DNA from: an uncultured Kofleriaceae bacterium
GTDB lineage: Bacteria > Myxococcota_A > Polyangia > Haliangiales > Haliangiaceae
Length of the DNA stretch: 64,000 bases
Reading direction: 5' to 3'
Assembly: GCA_964602685.1 (NCBI GenBank)
Contig: CAZRSQ010000002.1
Location: 4,217 to 68,216, forward strand
The notes below the pieces were generated by a model. The model ran no database searches and was not told the DNA's origin. It worked only from the letters and a program-made list of their open reading frames with translations. Shown in pieces: positions 62,218 through 64,000 of the stretch. A program made the translations under genes and the position numbers. Positions within the stretch are counted from its first letter, which is position 1; each line of letters starts with the position of its first letter.

Positions 62218-64000
62218 TCGACGTCGACCTCGCAGGTCAGCTCCTCGACTACGGCGCGCGGATCGACAGCCCGGACCGGGCACGCGAACAGCTACAGGGC
62301 GCGGTGGCGGTCCACAACCTGCTGCAGCGGCACCGGGTGGCCTACCTCGCCGACGAGGTAGGGATGGGCAAGACGCTGGTTGCCCTCGGCGCGGTCGCGC
62401 TGTTCCGTCATTTCCAACCACGCTTCCGGGTCCTGATCATCGCGCCGCGCGAGAACATCCAGCTCAAGTGGCAGAAGGAGCTGCGCGCGTTCGCCACGCA
62501 CAACGTGCGCTTCCCTGATCTCCGCATGCGCGGTCTGCGTGGAGCGCCCGGGCGCCCGATGTTCCACGCCAAGGACCTGATGTCGCTGCTGAGGGAGACC
62601 TCTCTCGACGCCGAACGCGACTTCTTCGTGCGGATGCCGAGCTTCAGCCTGCAACTCGGCAAGGAGGAGCAGCACTGGGATCGGCTGCGTGACGAGGTCC
62701 GTCGACACCTCCCGTGGCTGTCGCGTGAAGCGATGGACCTGCGCGGGCACCGGCAACGCAAGGACAACGTCGCACGCGCCCTGTGCTGTGCGCTCCCGGA
62801 GTTCGACCTGGTCATCGTCGACGAGGCGCACAACCTCAAGCACGGCTTCCAGGCAGACGTCGCGGCTCGAAATCGTGTGCTCGGGATCTCGATGGGGCAT
62901 CCGCGCGGCGACGCCGATCCCAAGCTGTTTCCCAGCTACGGGCCGAGGGCGAAGCGGGTCTTGTTTCTCTCGGCGACGCCGATCGAGGAAACCTACGTGC
63001 ATCTCTGGAACCAGCTCGACGTGTTCGGTCTGGGCGCTGGCTACGAGGCGCTCGCCGACAAGGGCGTGTCCGAGAGCGAGAAGCAACGGCTCGCAGGCCG
63101 GTTCCTGATCCGCCGCGTGACGGCGATCCGCACGGCTGACGCCGAGCTCACCAAGAACCAGTACCGGCGCGAATGGCGCCGCGGCGGCGTCCGCGTCCAC
63201 GATGAGCCCGTGCGCATCACCGACGACCGCCAGCGGCTGACGATCGCGCTGGTCCAGAAGAAGGTCGGCGAGCTGCTGGGGAGCGAGCGCTTCAAGAATC
63301 GCTTCCAGATCGGCATGCTCGCGTCCTTCGAGAGCTTCCTGGAGACCGCGAAGCTCAAGACCCACGAGGACGACGCCTCCAACTTCGACGACGCGGAGCA
63401 GACCGACGAGGCGCTCGAGCGCGAAGGCATCGATGTCCAGGCGCTCAACCGACTCGCCCGATCGTACCGCGAGCGCTTCGATGGTGAGATGCCCCATCCG
63501 AAGATGGACGCGCTCGTCGAGGATCTCCAGCAGTGCTGGCAGACGGGCCGCAAGGCGCTCGTGTTCGTCCGGCGGGTGGCCTCGGTGAGGGAGCTGCGGG
63601 CCAAGCTCGAGGAATCCTACGATCGGTGGCTCCTGAGCCGGCTGACGGCCGAGCTGCCGGAGGCCGTGCGCGAGCAATTCGCGGCGGTGCGCCGGCGTTA
63701 CCGGGCTGAACGAGCGGCGACCAACGACCAGCAAGAGCTCGAGGACGGCGGCACCTTCTTCGCCTGGTTCTTCCAGGGCGAAGGGCCAGGCAACGTGCTT
63801 TCCGGTGCCAACATCCAGCGCCGGTTCACGCAGGCAGGCTCCGTCTTCTCGACGTTCTTCGAGGACAATCACGTCGCCGCCCTGCTGGGCGTGCGGCCCG
63901 GCGAGGTGACGAAGTCCTTGGCCGCCACGCTCGGCATCTCGGAGGATGGACTACGGGCCGAGCTGCGCGTGCGCTCGGCGAGATTCCTCGGTCGGGCCAA
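62214..64000 (+). CDS. SNF2-family helicase (partial; continues beyond window end)
   Basis: Hand translation from GTG 62214 (GTGA overlap with the PLD stop) gives VIDVDLAGQLL...VAYLADEVGMGKTLVALGAV (motif I), LVIVDEAHNLKH (motif II) and VLFLSATPIE (motif III). The frame stays open to 64000. It is not in the ORF track because it has no stop in the window. Confidence 0.85.
   Translation, partial: MIDVDLAGQLLDYGARIDSPDRAREQLQGAVAVHNLLQRHRVAYLADEVGMGKTLVALGAVALFRHFQPRFRVLIIAPRENIQLKWQKELRAFATHNVRFPDLRMRGLRGAPGRPMFHAKDLMSLLRETSLDAERDFFVRMPSFSLQLGKEEQHWDRLRDEVRRHLPWLSREAMDLRGHRQRKDNVARALCCALPEFDLVIVDEAHNLKHGFQADVAARNRVLGISMGHPRGDADPKLFPSYGPRAKRVLFLSATPIEETYVHLWNQLDVFGLGAGYEALADKGVSESEKQRLAGRFLIRRVTAIRTADAELTKNQYRREWRRGGVRVHDEPVRITDDRQRLTIALVQKKVGELLGSERFKNRFQIGMLASFESFLETAKLKTHEDDASNFDDAEQTDEALEREGIDVQALNRLARSYRERFDGEMPHPKMDALVEDLQQCWQTGRKALVFVRRVASVRELRAKLEESYDRWLLSRLTAELPEAVREQFAAVRRRYRAERAATNDQQELEDGGTFFAWFFQGEGPGNVLSGANIQRRFTQAGSVFSTFFEDNHVAALLGVRPGEVTKSLAATLGISEDGLRAELRVRSARFLGRA

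Noticed and set aside
1-64000. Search for CRISPR arrays, rRNA, tRNA, transposases, integrases and long terminal or direct repeats.
   Set aside because: No regularly spaced direct repeats, no cloverleaf-like or rRNA-like low-protein-coding stretches, and no DDE or tyrosine/serine recombinase-like translations were recognised by eye. The only tandem DNA repeat found is the 18-bp coding repeat at 34511-34564. A computational scan (tRNAscan, Infernal, a CRISPR finder) would be needed to exclude small RNAs.

Overview
High-GC bacterial chromosomal segment (about 68-72% by eye). Cys-rich secreted lipoproteins, an ECF-sigma/kinase/WD40 fusion and many GTG starts suggest Myxococcota, but that is inference only. 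From 1 to about 15.3 kb the genes are ordinary envelope and housekeeping genes: a macro-domain deacetylase fragment, a metallophosphoesterase, an ECF sigma factor coupled to an anti-sigma/Ser-Thr-kinase/WD40 fusion, an aaRS-like ligase + carrier protein + MBOAT trio, an acyl-CoA desaturase and a HExxH metalloprotease. From about 15.7 kb to the window end the sequence is a dense defence/conflict island. In order it holds: (1) DarT/DarG. (2) A tightly coupled five-gene minus-strand operon that I cannot assign to any named system (SAP/Tudor-like protein, BrxL-like AAA+/Lon with an intact Ser-Lys dyad, GHKL ATPase, two unknowns). (3) An orphan PglW-like NERD-pseudokinase-kinase giant protein, transcribed divergently from that operon. 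(4) AbiEi/AbiEii. (5) A secreted repeat protein with a PD-(D/E)xK-like C-terminus plus coupled immunity-like genes. (6) A complete type 1 BREX locus (brxE-like, brxA, brxB, brxC, pglX, pglZ, brxL) with a RelA/SpoT-type nucleotide pyrophosphokinase gene wedged between brxC and pglX. (7) A plus-strand block of an FGE-domain protein, a Zn-ribbon protein, an unknown protein, a PLD nuclease and an SNF2 helicase that runs off the window end. A small membrane-protein ORF with an in-frame TGA at a Cys-motif position (15360-15542) is a selenocysteine candidate. I recognised no rRNA, tRNA, CRISPR array, transposase or integrase. Many long ORFs in the supplied track are Arg/Ala/Gly/Pro-rich antisense or off-frame artefacts of the high GC content and were rejected. 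The track also renders GTG and TTG starts as M, so several starts were re-derived from the nucleotides.
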